A stretch of 64,000 nucleotides of DNA, from assembly GCA_009602735.1 (NCBI GenBank), contig WELA01001340.1:110711-174710 (forward strand), read 5' to 3'. A model generated the notes under the pieces. That model ran no database searches. It had not been told where the DNA came from and was given only the letters and a program-made list of their open reading frames with translations. This stretch comes from Mesotaenium endlicherianum (lineage: Eukaryota). Below are positions 35,601-46,908 of this stretch, piece after piece; the first letter of the stretch is position 1, and each line of letters begins with the position of its first letter. The translations under genes were made by a program, and so were the position numbers.

Positions 35601-37598
35601 NNNNNNNNNNNNNNNNNNNNNNNNNNNNNNNNNNNCCCCCCCCCCCCCCCCCCTCTGCGCGCACGCGCGCGTGTGTGTGTGTGCGTGTGTGTGTGTGTGT
35701 GTGTGCATGCGCACGTGCGCATGTGTTCGCATTTGTCCAAGTAACTAGTGGGACGACTTTTTCTGCCAGGCCCTGCTGGGAAACCGTGGGCCTGGAATGG
35801 AGCAGCAGGAGCAGGAAACAGAGGGGTAGCAGCAGCAGCAGCAGCAGCAGAGGCAAGGAGGGAGTAAAGCGGGAGGGCCAGCCATGCATGAAAATTTGAA
35901 AGAGCCTTGAGCGCAAGCTAGAGGGAGGGGGGGAGGGAGAAAGAGAGGGGCTGGGAGAGGGAGCAAGGGAGAGAGTAGGGAGCAGGGGGGGAGCAAGGAG
36001 GGGGGGCGGACAGGGGGAGAGGAGCAGGCGACGGGAGGGAGAGAGCGAGGAAGAAAGGTGGGGAGGAGCAGGTGATGTGAGGAGGAGAGGGAGGGGGGAA
36101 AGAGGTGGGAGCATACTCAACGAGCAGTTTCTCGCGGAGGTGGAGGTCGGTGGCAATGGCACTCTTGCCCGTGCGCTCGTACGCTGCAAAGCTGACGTTC
36201 ACGAGGGGCAGCCTCTGGCGCTCCCTCTTCTCCTGCAGCCGCAATTGCCCTTGTTGCGTAACGTCAATCGCGACAGAGTCGGACAGAGGAGACAGGCAGA
36301 GAGCAGGCAGAGCAGGCAGGCAGACAGGCAGGCAGTGCGGGGCATGCAGATACATGCACAGAGGGGCAGAGTGGGGCAGAGAGAGGCAGAGACAGGCAGG
36401 CAGACAGATTGGAACAGACACCCGCAAACAGACCTGAGGGCACGTCAGACCAAGACAGGCAGCAGAGAGACCCACAGCTGGCACCCCACAGACAAATCAG
36501 CAGCTCTGCGGCCCTCAGTGGGATCCACAGCCAGGCTGCCAGGCAGCCAGGCAGCCAGGCAGGTGTACGCGCCAGATGCGTCGCCCTCACAAGACTTCCT
36601 CCGAGCCCATGCTATGGCTGCAAGTCACCACCCCGGGACCCTACATCACAGGTAGAGCGCAGACCCTAAGCTGGGAGAAGGGTTGGGGTTGGGGAGAGTT
36701 CAGGGTTAGGGTGAGACTCTGATACTAAACTTTGGGTTGGAGTTAGACTTAGGGTTTGGGGCAGGGTTGGAGTTTGGGTTCGGTTAGAGCAGGATTAGGG
36801 TTAGACTTTGGGCTAGGGTTGAGGTCACGGGTAGGGTTAGGGCCCCGGCGAGATTTAGGGTTAGGGTCAGCACTGTGGTTAGATGTAGGGTAGGGTTATG
36901 GTTGAGGCTAGGGGTAGAACTGGGGTCAGGGTTAGAGCCGCAAGGGGGTATGGAGGAGAGCAAGAAGGAACAGACAGCAAGGGGGCTCTTCGAGTCCCCG
37001 CTGGCTGCCAGCTCAGCTCACCTTCAGCAGTTCTTGGATCGCCGTTTCAGCGTCCCGGTCAGCGCCCGCGTGGCTCGGCCGCGCAGCCGGCACGCTCTCG
37101 TCGGACCCGTCCATGATGTGGCGGGCGGTGCGGGCGGCGCCCCTCTCCACGAGCTCCTGCTTCAGCCCCTGGGGGGCTACCACGAGCACCCCCTGCGAGC
37201 CACCTGGCAGCACGTCCTCGGGGCCGTACGGGGAGCGCTTGCTCCGCCGCCCCGACGGCTCGATATCCGCCCTCGCCGCCGCCGTCTCGGGAGGGGGGGA
37301 TTCGCCGCCCGGCTCGACTCTCATCTCCCTCTGGAGGGTGCGCTGGCACCTGGGGCAGAGCTTGGGTGTGACGAGGGCGGCAAACAGCGCCACTGCTTGC
37401 ATGGGGTTCAGCTGCAGGGCGGCGGGCTCGGATGCCGGCGCCACCTGTCCCGGTGCAGCAGCAGCAGCAGCAGGCGCCTGAGAGTGCGAGCGGGGGCCGC
37501 CCGTGCTGTTAGTGGTAAGAAGATGGAGGTGAGCATATGGGTTGCCCTGCTGCTCCTGCTGCTGCTGCAGCTGGTGGTGGTGGTGGCGGTGCTGCTGG

Positions 37599-37643
<45 letters not shown>

Positions 37644-38717
37644 AGAGGGGCCCCATAGGAGGGGATGCTGGCCTGGAGGTTGGTGAAGGTGGCGGGGGGG
37701 ATGGCGAGGGGATAGAGGGGGAGAGGGTTAGGGTTAAGATTAGGATTGAGGTTAGGGCTAGGGTTAAGGTACGTGACGGGCAGGGGAGTCAGCTGCTGCA
37801 GGAGTTGAGATATGAGGTCCGCGCCCCCCCCGAACTGAGACGAAGAAGGATAGAGCAGAGACTGTATCTGCTGCTGCTGCTGTTGCTGCTGCTGCTGGAA
37901 CAGAACGGCGGCAGCAGCAGCCGCCACCTGGGACAAGCCCGCATGCTGCGGGGCGGCGGCCAGGATGCTGCTGATGCTGCTGCCGCCGCCGCTGCTGTTG
38001 TGTTGCTCCAGCAGCAGCGACGAGAGCTGCGCGCGCAGCCTGTCCCTCTCCCTCTCCTGGAGGCTTCGCTGCAACGCTTCCATGGTCCAGGCCAGCTGCT
38101 GCTGCATCTGGGAGCCAGCTGCTGTCAACGGCAGGGCTGCGGGGGGAGCAGGGTCAGGTGCAGCAGCTGCGGTAGCTGCCGGCGCTGCTACTGCTGGGGG
38201 TGGTGCAGCTGCTGCTGCTGTTAGTGCGGCTGCCAGAGATGCTGCGGGATCAAAAGCTGCTGCTACTGGCAGTGCTGCTGCTGCTGCTGCCGATGCTGCC
38301 TGTAGAGCTGCCGCTGGTTCTAGTGCTGCCGCCGCTGCTGCTGCTGGTGGTGGTGCTAGTGGCGGTGGCAGTGCTGCTGGTGCTGCTGCTGCTGCTGGTG
38401 GTGGGGGTGCTAGTGGTACTGGTTCTGGTGGTGCTGCTGGGGCTGCTGGTGGTGCAGGAGGCGGGGGTAGAAAAGGCTGCTGCTGCTGCTGCTGCTCTGG
38501 CTGCGGGCTTGCTGCTGCTGCTGCCAAGGCTGCAACTGCCAACGCCAATGCTGCTCCTCCAGCTGCCGTTGCCGATGCTGCTGCTGCTGGTGGTGGTGGG
38601 GGTGCCTGTACTACAGCTGCCACGTCAGCTGCCGATGTAACTGCTGCCGCTTCTGCTTCTGCTGCTCCGACAGTCCCATGAAGAAGCTGCAGCTGCTGCT
38701 GCTGCGAGCCTCCTCCT

Positions 38718-38753
<36 letters not shown>

Positions 38754-39547
38754 TCTCCTGCTGCTGCTTCTGCTGCTGCTGCTGCTCCTGCTGCTGCTCC
38801 TGCTCCTGCTGCTGCTAGTGGTACTGGGGGTGAAGGTGGGAGGGGAGGTGGATATTCCCCAGCAGGCTGTTGAGGAAGTGGGGGCCCAAGCTCGAGCTGG
38901 GAGCTTTCTTGCATTGGAGGAAACTCGCTCCTTCCTACATCTCCTTCATGGCTCTTTGGCTTCTCCTGCTGCTCAGCCTCAGCGGGCGACGAAGGAGGAT
39001 GTTGATGATGAGGAGAAGAAAGAGGAAGAGGAGCTATGACACTCAGATTCTGCCCACCTCTGCGGGCTGCCTGCCCTTCATCGTTAGAATACGGATGCGA
39101 GGCCCCCTCAGCATCAGCAAGAGCATGCTCCTCCTTCCTGCCATCACCCAGGCGAGAAGCATCGTCTGGAGTTCCGGATTGCACACCGACGTTTCTCTTT
39201 GGCCCCCCTTCAGGGACTGCGGGGAGGACAGGCAGCACAACATCCCCCCTATCGTCTCCCGTTTGCTGCGTCAATGCTCCCCTCTTCTCAACCTCAGCGT
39301 TGCTAGCTACACCTCTGTCCTGAAGTTGCTGCTGTTCCCACTGCTCGTGACTCTGCCTGCCTTCAGAAGCCCTTCCTTCGCGCCCAGAACCACCAAGGGC
39401 TTCATCGTCATCATCTGTCAGGACTATTATTTTGTTCAGGTCGCCAGTTTTGTGGAGCTCATTAGTCCATTTTTGTCTAGGAGGGGCCTCATGTACCTGC
39501 TTCACACCCTCCTCCCTCATTGCTTTTCCATTTGACTCGTTCATCAT
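32622..39547 (-). CDS. Large (about 1700 aa) low-complexity putative nuclear protein with an AT-hook and coiled-coil segments, 3 visible exons
   Basis: Exons 37022-39547 (first in-frame ATG), 36117-36232 and 32622-35022 have canonical GT-AG sites and compatible phases. AT-hook RKRGRPRK at 34116-34139, polyQ/polyA/polyP tracts and a K/R/E-rich NLS-like region. Gaps at 33175-33233 and 35225-35635 limit certainty. Confidence 0.7.
36678..36935 (+). repeat. Degenerate telomere-like (TTAGGG)n tract in an intron
   Basis: 6-nt periodic GGGTTA variants, e.g. cagggttaggg, gattagggttag, gtagggttaggg, atttagggttaggg. Confidence 0.65.
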
Positions 39548-41268
39548 TCCCAGAGCGGGAGAAGTTTCAGTTTCATTTATGTTCCTTGGAAAAGGACGCA
39601 ACTGTATGTCTGTGCAAACGTAGTCATTTAATTAGATACTCTCGGGAGAGTGCCTAAAAGGGTACCCGTTCTTGGAGGTCACCGAGAGAGTGAAAGCATC
39701 ACGTCAAGGAGAACGTTTTCTCGGGACTAGCTTTTGTTTAATGATAAGAAGTACACTTGAACCGACTAAGATGTTTTTGCCAGCGAGATAGATCTCGAGG
39801 ATTTCTATGTAGCGCATTGCTATACGTGACTTCGTCAAACAGGTTCTTAGATGACACCTATGCTAACAGTCTTGAACATGCAGTCGGGTTCCTTCATGAG
39901 CTTTTACAGAAGTGCAAGCAGCTAAGAGCACTGTGGACTCAATTTCAGAAATTCTTGGCAAAAGTTTGAAGTATGCGTTTCCAAATGTTTCAAAATTGTT
40001 TGATTCGAAAGCATTTCAGAATGCTTGCTCCCTCATGCGCGCTAGCAAACATTGGAGGGACGAGCGCCTCGCGCGTGCGATCGTAGAACACGACTAGTAG
40101 GTCTCGTCATATTTTTCACGCCTGCTTCGCGGTGCTTCAATCTTCTGGACTAACTTTGAGCAAGTGTCGCAACGGTGACTGTCGGCAGACACTAGGCATC
40201 GGTACTTCTAAGGAGAGAAATAACTCCAACAACGTCAAAAGTGTAGTGATATAAGTTAGAGTATTTTAGTTTGTTTTTATCTTTTAAAAGGAGAGAGAGA
40301 ACTCCAACAATGGGTGACAAGACTCGGGAGAGGGACTGCCCCCAGACACACCTACAAACTAACCTATGTGCTATGGGTTAAAACCCCCCCTAAAGAGGAA
40401 AAAACCCACACCTTATTAGCTGCAAAGGCGAAAAGAATAGTAGAAGTCAGAACAGGGCAACTACTGAGCACATACTAGCTACGCAAAATTAGCTATGAAA
40501 CCCCCCCCCCACCTGGAGGCGAGGGGACGAGGCAAAAGCTGAATGGTAAAAACTGGTAGACAAAAGAGGGTTGTGGGGGGCGATGGATAAGAGGACGACC
40601 TTCGGCAAGCCGAGATAAGAAAACACGAGTGGAAGGTATTCCAAGAGATAAACGTGGCGAACAGTGATGGAATAGAACTCAATGGTAGAGCGGAGAGTTG
40701 GAGACACGGGCGAGAAACGGCCATCGACAGACGTGTAGTTGGTGGGGGTGCGCGAGGCCTTGAGGTTATCTGCCCGGAGCGCGTCAACAACGTCGGGGGT
40801 GAGCGGCGGCGGAGCGAGCCCACGAGCACCGGCGGATAGGGACTGATCCCACCAAGCAAGGAGGGAGGGGCTTGCACGTGCGACCCTAATGATGGAATAC
40901 GTATCTGGAGAATCCCTAAAACAAACACGAATTACTAATTACTTGTAAAAAATGGAATTACGTGTATATTACGTTTTTCCAGATTCTAAGAATAATTGGC
41001 AAAGCTTATACCTTCAAATGGCTTAGAAACTTTGAGCGCGATTGGTCGCGAATGGTAGAGGACTCAATTTGCTATGATATAAAAGATTCGTATTTACCTC
41101 GTCGGGACGCATATTTTGAGTATTTTGAAAACACGTCGAAATGCGTGTTGTTATGCATCTCTGACAGACCAATACGTGAGTATCCCATAACTAGGCGTGC
41201 AACGAGAAAGAGAAACAAGCAGGGAATCAAAAATGACACAAAAAAGGGAAAAGAGTAATGAGGGGGTC

Positions 41269-41430
41269 CTAGGCTATAGGTGTTGGGTTGCACGAAAGGC
41301 AGAACCAATCACCTTCAGGAATCTTAGGCAAAGGAGGAGACAAACAAGTCAAGTGCCAACCAACATTACAACAATCTCATAGCAGCATCAAAGCGAGACG
41401 ACGAATAGACCCACACCCTTGAGAGGGATG
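41269..41430 (-). pseudogene. PHD finger at the C-terminus of the fossil Gypsy integrase
   Basis: HP(S)QGCGSIRRLALMLL(*)DCCNVGWHLTCLSPPLPKIPEGDWFCLSCNPTPIA*. This is the C4HC3 pattern once TCT (41424-41422) and TGA (41379-41377) are each restored to a Cys codon by one substitution. Confidence 0.85.
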
Positions 41431-42007
41431 GTTGCCTAGGATGGTGGCTTGAAATGGGTCAACCTCGTTACGGATCTTAGGCAAGTGGCGAGGTGCGCAG
41501 TTCTAATGTTCTTACAAATGGTGCGACCATCGAGCGCAAGTGGTCCCTCAAGCGTAAGAACCACATTAAGATTGACGGTATGCACACGCAAGATGATAGG
41601 ACCAGCACGGACATCGAGAGTATCTCACATTTTTTGCTGCAAGTAGACAGAATCCCTGACCTCAAACTTGACCATACGAGGCTTGTACACCCCACTATGC
41701 ATACGAGCGTAGCGGAGCGTGGCGGAGCGTATCCCGATATTGAGCATTGAGCAAGTTATCCATGGCAATAGGCATGTGCTTAAGGAACAAGGCGGCTCGT
41801 TCGTGGAGGTGAGTTAACAAGACGTCATGATCATCGAGCTGAATAGGCATGGTAACCCGGCGACGAATTGCTGAAGGAAGAAGGGGCTCACGACCATACA
41901 AAGGAAAATACGGGGAATAGGCACGTAAAGACGCCTAATTGATGAGGTTATAGCCCATGGCAAGCCATAGGATGTGTACATCCCAGTCAGACACATCACA
42001 CCCGAGG

Positions 42008-42763
42008 TGTATGGTCATAGGTTTATAAAGTGCATTTTTGAGTTCAATAAAAATATGTTTTGATTGCCTAGAAGTCTAGAGTGCATATTTTGTTGGTCAT
42101 TTTGATGTAAATTTCATCAAATTTGGTTAAGTATTGAGAGAGTTATGGACTTCCAAACTTTTATGAGTTTTGAGGTCGGTTGACGACTGTCCTTATTCGC
42201 GGTGAGCGCGACCGTCAGATTGACCGACAGCGTCGAGCAATCTAGGCCATTAGAGTGAATTCGAACCTTCACGTAATTTCGGCTGACGCGGAGTGCCGAC
42301 CAGGTCGATTTACCTAGAAGTTTCGGATTAGCCTAGCACGTATAAGTTAGTATATTCTAGATATTTCGATGCATGCTGTGGACGTCAAATCAACCCGACA
42401 CGCCCAATGAGACTGATCTGGCTTACTCACGAATATTCTGGAAGGGACAATTTGACAAACACTAAGGAAAATCTGTTGCTAAGCGGCCCTCCCGTCTAGA
42501 GAGGAGGACTTAGGTCAGAAAACTATAAATAGGCATAACTATTTCATTTCTTATCAATTTTCACTTCTGTAAATTTCTACAAATTTGTAATGACAAGACC
42601 TTTCCTCCTAGTACATTTGTGAGCACTTTCTTGCTACTCAAAAATGTTGAGTAATTTTCCTCTGCATTCTTAGTAACATGCCGCTGCACTCTCTAGAATG
42701 ATTGCAACTAGTTCTTTTCCTCGTGAGTCACTACGCTTCCACTAGGGCACCCGGCCCCTATCA
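42008..42763 (+). mobile_element. Solo LTR, family B (756 bp)
   Basis: TGTATGG...CTATCA termini; 5-bp TSD cgagg/tgagg (one mismatch); TATAAATA at 42524; homologous to LTR 50193-50935. Confidence 0.9.
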
Positions 42764-43216
42764 TGAGGGCATACTTGCGCACGTTGCGCTTGACAGTCTG
42801 AAATATGCGCTCCGCGAGCCTATCCGCTTGGGGGTGGTCGCAAAAAGTGGTATAATGATCAACGAAAGATTTATCAAGCAACTCAGCCAAATTACCCTGA
42901 AACTCTGACCCTTGACCAGTGAGAACCTCAGCACACGCCCCATACCGACATAAAACACGCTCAAGAAATGCGCGAGCAATGTAAGCACTGGACTTATCAG
43001 GAATGCTGACCAATCCAATCCACTTAGTAAGGTGCCGTTTATGTTTGCTTCTTATTTGCTGATCATGTCATTGAAGAGCTTGCTCGACTTTTCTACAATG
43101 TGAGATGGAAGTACGTTACGACAAATCTGCAGCAAGTTTACAAAGAAGCAATTTACTTCATCGACACGAGGCAACATCTCCTCATGACTTCGCTTCTGAG
43201 GCTCTCACGCCCCCTA

Positions 43217-43956
43217 TGAAAGGGGCAGAGTGCCCTAGTGGAAGCGTAGTAACTCACGAGGAAAGGAACTAGTTGCAATCATACTAAAGAGTGCAGCGGC
43301 ATATCACTAAGAAAGCTTAAGAAAATCACTCAATATTTTGAGTAGCAAGAAACTGCTCACAAATGGTGTAGGATGAAAAGCCTTGTCATTACAAACTCGT
43401 AGAAATTTACAGAAGTGAAAACTGATAAGAAATGAAGTAGTTATGTCTATTTATAGTTTTCTACGACGGCCGCTCACCCCTAGGCGAGAGGGCCTTTTAG
43501 CGACGGATTTTCCTCAGTGTTTGTCAAATCGGCCCTTCCAAAATATTCGTGAGAAAGCCTGATCAGTCTCATCTGACGTGTCGGGCCGATTTGACGTCCA
43601 CAGCATGCATCGAAATATCTGGAATATACTAACTTAGACGCGCTAAACTTCTAGGTAATTCGACCTAGTCGGCACTCTGCGTCAGCCGAACTTACGTAAA
43701 GGTTCGAATTCACTCCAACGGCCCAGATTGCTCGACGCTGTCGGTCAATCCGACGGTCGCGCTCACCGCGAATTAAGGACAGTCGTCAAGCGACCTCATA
43801 ATTAATTAAACTTTGGAAATCCATAACTCTCTCAATACTTAACCAAATTCGGTGAACTTTATATCAAAATGACCACAAAAATACACTCTACACTTTGCAA
43901 TCAAAACGTACTTTTAAGGAACTCAAAAATGCACTTTATAAACCTATAACCTCACA
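43217..43956 (-). mobile_element. Solo LTR, family B (740 bp)
   Basis: TG...CA termini; perfect 5-bp TSD cccta (43212-43216 / 43957-43961); collinear with 50193-50935. Confidence 0.92.
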
Positions 43957-44557
43957 CCCTAGCATTCGTGAAGGTGTTTGTGCTTCAATTGAAATTGCTA
44001 TGAAATTGCTCTTCATGAACAGCCAGCTTTTGTAGCACGCTAAAAAAAGCGTCGACGCGTTTGGGAAATATATGACGGTGTTGTCTGACATAGGAAATGA
44101 GCATGACCTTGCCAAAATGCCGTTTTCATGTCTCTGTGAGGGGAAAAATCAAGCACGAAGCCTCCAAATCACCCAGAACATTCGCAAGACTTCGGACATT
44201 CATATTATCATACAATTCTCAATTGTCCTCTTGCCCCCCCCCATAAAGACATGATTGTATTGTTTCTTTTGGCCAAAATCGTGGACGTATGATGAAGATC
44301 GACTATTCTAGAAATCTCATTTTGATTTTGTTTCCTTTGGGAAAATATTTCCTACTCGTCATTTCCTGAAAATGTATTTCACACATCCATCCAACCACCA
44401 CGCTGGAGAGGGGCTGGCATTCAGGGGGCTCACATGGGCAGCAAAGACTACCGTAAAGAGCAGCACAACAGTGCAATGCTGGTATTGTTTAGGGGCTGGG
44501 CACTTACTCCCTAGGGCATTCACCTTCTTATTTGTCATCTAGTATCTCTATATTAGC

Positions 44558-45219
44558 CTACTTAAGGCTTGCTACGTTCCTTTTAAATGCCTGTGCTAGT
44601 TGCAACTGTGAATATTTTGCTTCTTCCGGCTTGTTTGGTAAGTCTATGATGCTAGCTGCAGCTAGGATGGAAACTTTGAGATCTACAATATATGCCAATT
44701 TTGTTTTGTCTGATTTTCATCTGCCTATGTCATTAAGCAGCCTCCTGTCAGGGACTCCTAGATTTGCTGCAGCAGTGGCAACTCCCTTTCTAAGAGAATG
44801 AGTTCCTACATCTTTCACTCCCAGCCCCACATGTGCAAAACACTCCATGCACCATTTTTTGATGAGGTGGTAGGAGGGTGGTCTGCCTGACAGCTCACCA
44901 TGGCTGTTCACCTCTTGAATTATAGTGTCTTCTAGCTTGTAGGTAGGGGCTTGTGCCATCAACCTGCTGAAGAGTAGCACTGGAGAGCATCTGCTTCTGG
45001 TGTGAAATATTGTGAAGAGTAGCACTGGAGAGCATCTGCTCCTGGTGTGAAATATTGGCACCCATTTGCTTTCTTTTGTTGATCATTCTTGGCCTGTGCC
45101 AGCCAGAGCCATATCAAAGTGACCCCCTCACTTCCTCCATCTGTGTGTCTTTTACCTTCAGCTGGACTAGATCAGAGAATCTCAGAAAGCCATAGTACAT
45201 TAGTACCAGGGTGACTGCC
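44558..45219 (-). pseudogene. Tyrosine recombinase (C-terminal catalytic part) of a DIRS/PAT-like retrotransposon
   Basis: LVLMYYGFLRFSDLVQLKVKD (catalytic Arg), AKNDQ (Lys), GTHSLRKGVATAAANLGVPD (HxxR) and IGR*KSDKTKLAYI (Trp mutated to stop; catalytic Tyr). It also has a frameshift and a 45-bp internal duplication at about 44965-45055. Confidence 0.88.
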
Positions 45220-45688
45220 TGTAGTGATTTGAGTTATAATATATTAGTTTGCATATATTTTAATGCTTTTGAATATATTTGGAGTAGTATTGTGTGTAGT
45301 CAAGTGTGAATAGATACTCTAGTGACTTGGTTCATGTCCTTTGGACTTAGAAGAATTCCATGTGGCAAAGGTCAAATGTGCCAGTTTTAGGTCAAAAGGA
45401 CATGTGTACATTATTCTAGAAAGAGGAGGTGAGTTTTGGGATGTGTTGGGTGCCAACACATCAACATGCACCTTCCTAGAAATTACTTATGTAGCCATAT
45501 ATAAACAAGAGCTAGAACATAGAAAGAAATTCCAGAATCACTCTTGTACTTGCCAAAATTCAGAACTATATTAACTTTCAAGAAGCCATCTCTCTTTCAA
45601 GAAGCTACCATTTGTGTTCAAAGATTCTTGTCTTGAAGAGATTAAGTATTATATTTCACTAAGTACTTTATCTATCTGTTTCACTACA
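45220..45688 (+). repeat. 5' LTR of element A
   Basis: TG...CA with 7-bp terminal inverted repeat and TATATAAA at 45498; net 34 bp shorter than the LTRs of element A'. Confidence 0.93.
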
Positions 45689-45798
45689 GTGGTATCGGAG
45701 CTAGGCACTTTGGTAGCACAAGAAGATGGCCAATCCCTGACCAACGGCAAGCTTTCAAAGGAAGCCCTTCCTCTCCAAGAGACCCTTCTCCAGCGCCG

Positions 45799-46908
45799 AT
45801 GGGAGAGCCCACTCAAGGAAATCTGCAACAACAAGAAGCACCACAAGGAGGAGCACCGTCAAATCTCGTGGCAGCCGCTATAGCAAAGTTGACCCCACCA
45901 CAAGGAGTTCCCGCAAATGAGTGGGCAGCCTTCCTAATGACCGTCCACAACCAAGTGGGCTTGGCCACCTATGAAGCAACCGTGCAAGCGTCAAGAGAAG
46001 CTATGGCTGCCATGGTTGCTCTTATTGCGAGCAATGCTCAAAATCCAGTCCCGGCTCAAGCGCCTCCACAAGAGCCTACAAGAGCAAGGAAACTCATCAA
46101 GCCCGACAAATCCGACACTTTCAACCCCGGAAAAGGAGCCAACCTGAATTTATGGCTCTACCAAGTGGAGACGTACCTCGCATTCCTTGAAGTACCCGAG
46201 GAGGACTACGTCAATTTTGCTGTTACCTTGCTCAGAGGAGCAGCAACATCATGGTGGATTAACTATCAAGCGGCTGTATATCAAGCTGTGGCGCATCCCG
46301 TACCCGGCCAAGAGCCCCCACCATCATATGCAAGATGGGTGGATTTTTGTGAAGCCCTCCAGATTCAATTCATGCCCATCAATGCAGAGAAAAATTCTCA
46401 AGAAAAGCTTCACCATCTCAAGCAAACAACGTCCGTTCAAAAATTTACATCCAGATTTCATGACCTCACTCTTGAGATCCCCAACATGTCGCTCGAGGAG
46501 AAGATTGATCGTTATATGTCTGGCCTCAAGCCCAAGGTGGCAAAGGAAGTGGAATTTCGCAACGTGACGGACTTCTCAAAGATCATTGAAGTGGCCCAAG
46601 AGGTGGAGACCATGGATGTCAAGCATTCGTTTCCTTCATCTTCACGGGCACCAGCGACGCGGGTGTACGCAGCCCCTTCCACATCTGAATCTGGACCCAC
46701 ACCCATGGAAATTGGAGTTGCCCGGAAGAGTGGAAGACCCTCCAATGACACTTATGATGCAAGAAACCAGCAAGGAGTGAAAGCAAGACTCTCCCCGGCT
46801 GAAAAAGAAGCTCTCATGACGGCTGGACTATGCTTTTATTGCAAGGAAAAGGGCCATCGTGCACTGTCATGCCCCAAAAAGTTGTCAAAAAACGGACAGC
46901 GCCGGTAG
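45799..46908 (+). CDS. gag: Gag of element A (original start at 45726 is frameshifted)
   Basis: 369-aa ORF with retrotransposon gag region, GPTPMEIG and [14 protein letters not shown] zinc knuckle. Confidence 0.85.
   Translation: MGEPTQGNLQQQEAPQGGAPSNLVAAAIAKLTPPQGVPANEWAAFLMTVHNQVGLATYEATVQASREAMAAMVALIASNAQNPVPAQAPPQEPTRARKLIKPDKSDTFNPGKGANLNLWLYQVETYLAFLEVPEEDYVNFAVTLLRGAATSWWINYQAAVYQAVAHPVPGQEPPPSYARWVDFCEALQIQFMPINAEKNSQEKLHHLKQTTSVQKFTSRFHDLTLEIPNMSLEEKIDRYMSGLKPKVAKEVEFRNVTDFSKIIEVAQEVETMDVKHSFPSSSRAPATRVYAAPSTSESGPTPMEIGVARKSGRPSNDTYDARNQQGVKARLSPAEKEALMTAGLCFYCKEKGHRALSCPKKLSKNGQRR

Larger units (their letters stand above)
40166..43040 (-). mobile_element. Fossil 3' half of a non-chromovirus Ty3/Gypsy LTR retrotransposon (integrase + PHD finger + 3' region), interrupted by a solo LTR
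   Basis: Degenerate integrase core HLTKWIGLVSIPDKSS..AFLERVLCRYGACAEVLTGQGSEFQG..HPQADRLAERIFQTVKR, continuing after the solo LTR as DWDVHI..AMGYN..LYGREP..IAMDNLLNAQYRDTLR..KFEVRDSVYL..DTLDVRAGPIILRV..NCAPRHLP. The left boundary (...TTGCGACA at 40166) is tentative. Confidence 0.78.

Noticed and set aside
36875..38681. Long plus-strand ORFs (449, 238 and 146 aa) rich in L/V/A/C
   Set aside because: Antisense shadows of (GCA/CAG)n-rich coding sequence on the minus strand.
44558..45219. Phage/bacterial integrase or Crypton transposon
   Set aside because: The motif style and the co-oriented gag/RT remnant at 62284-63761 fit a DIRS-type retrotransposon better, and there is no prokaryotic context.
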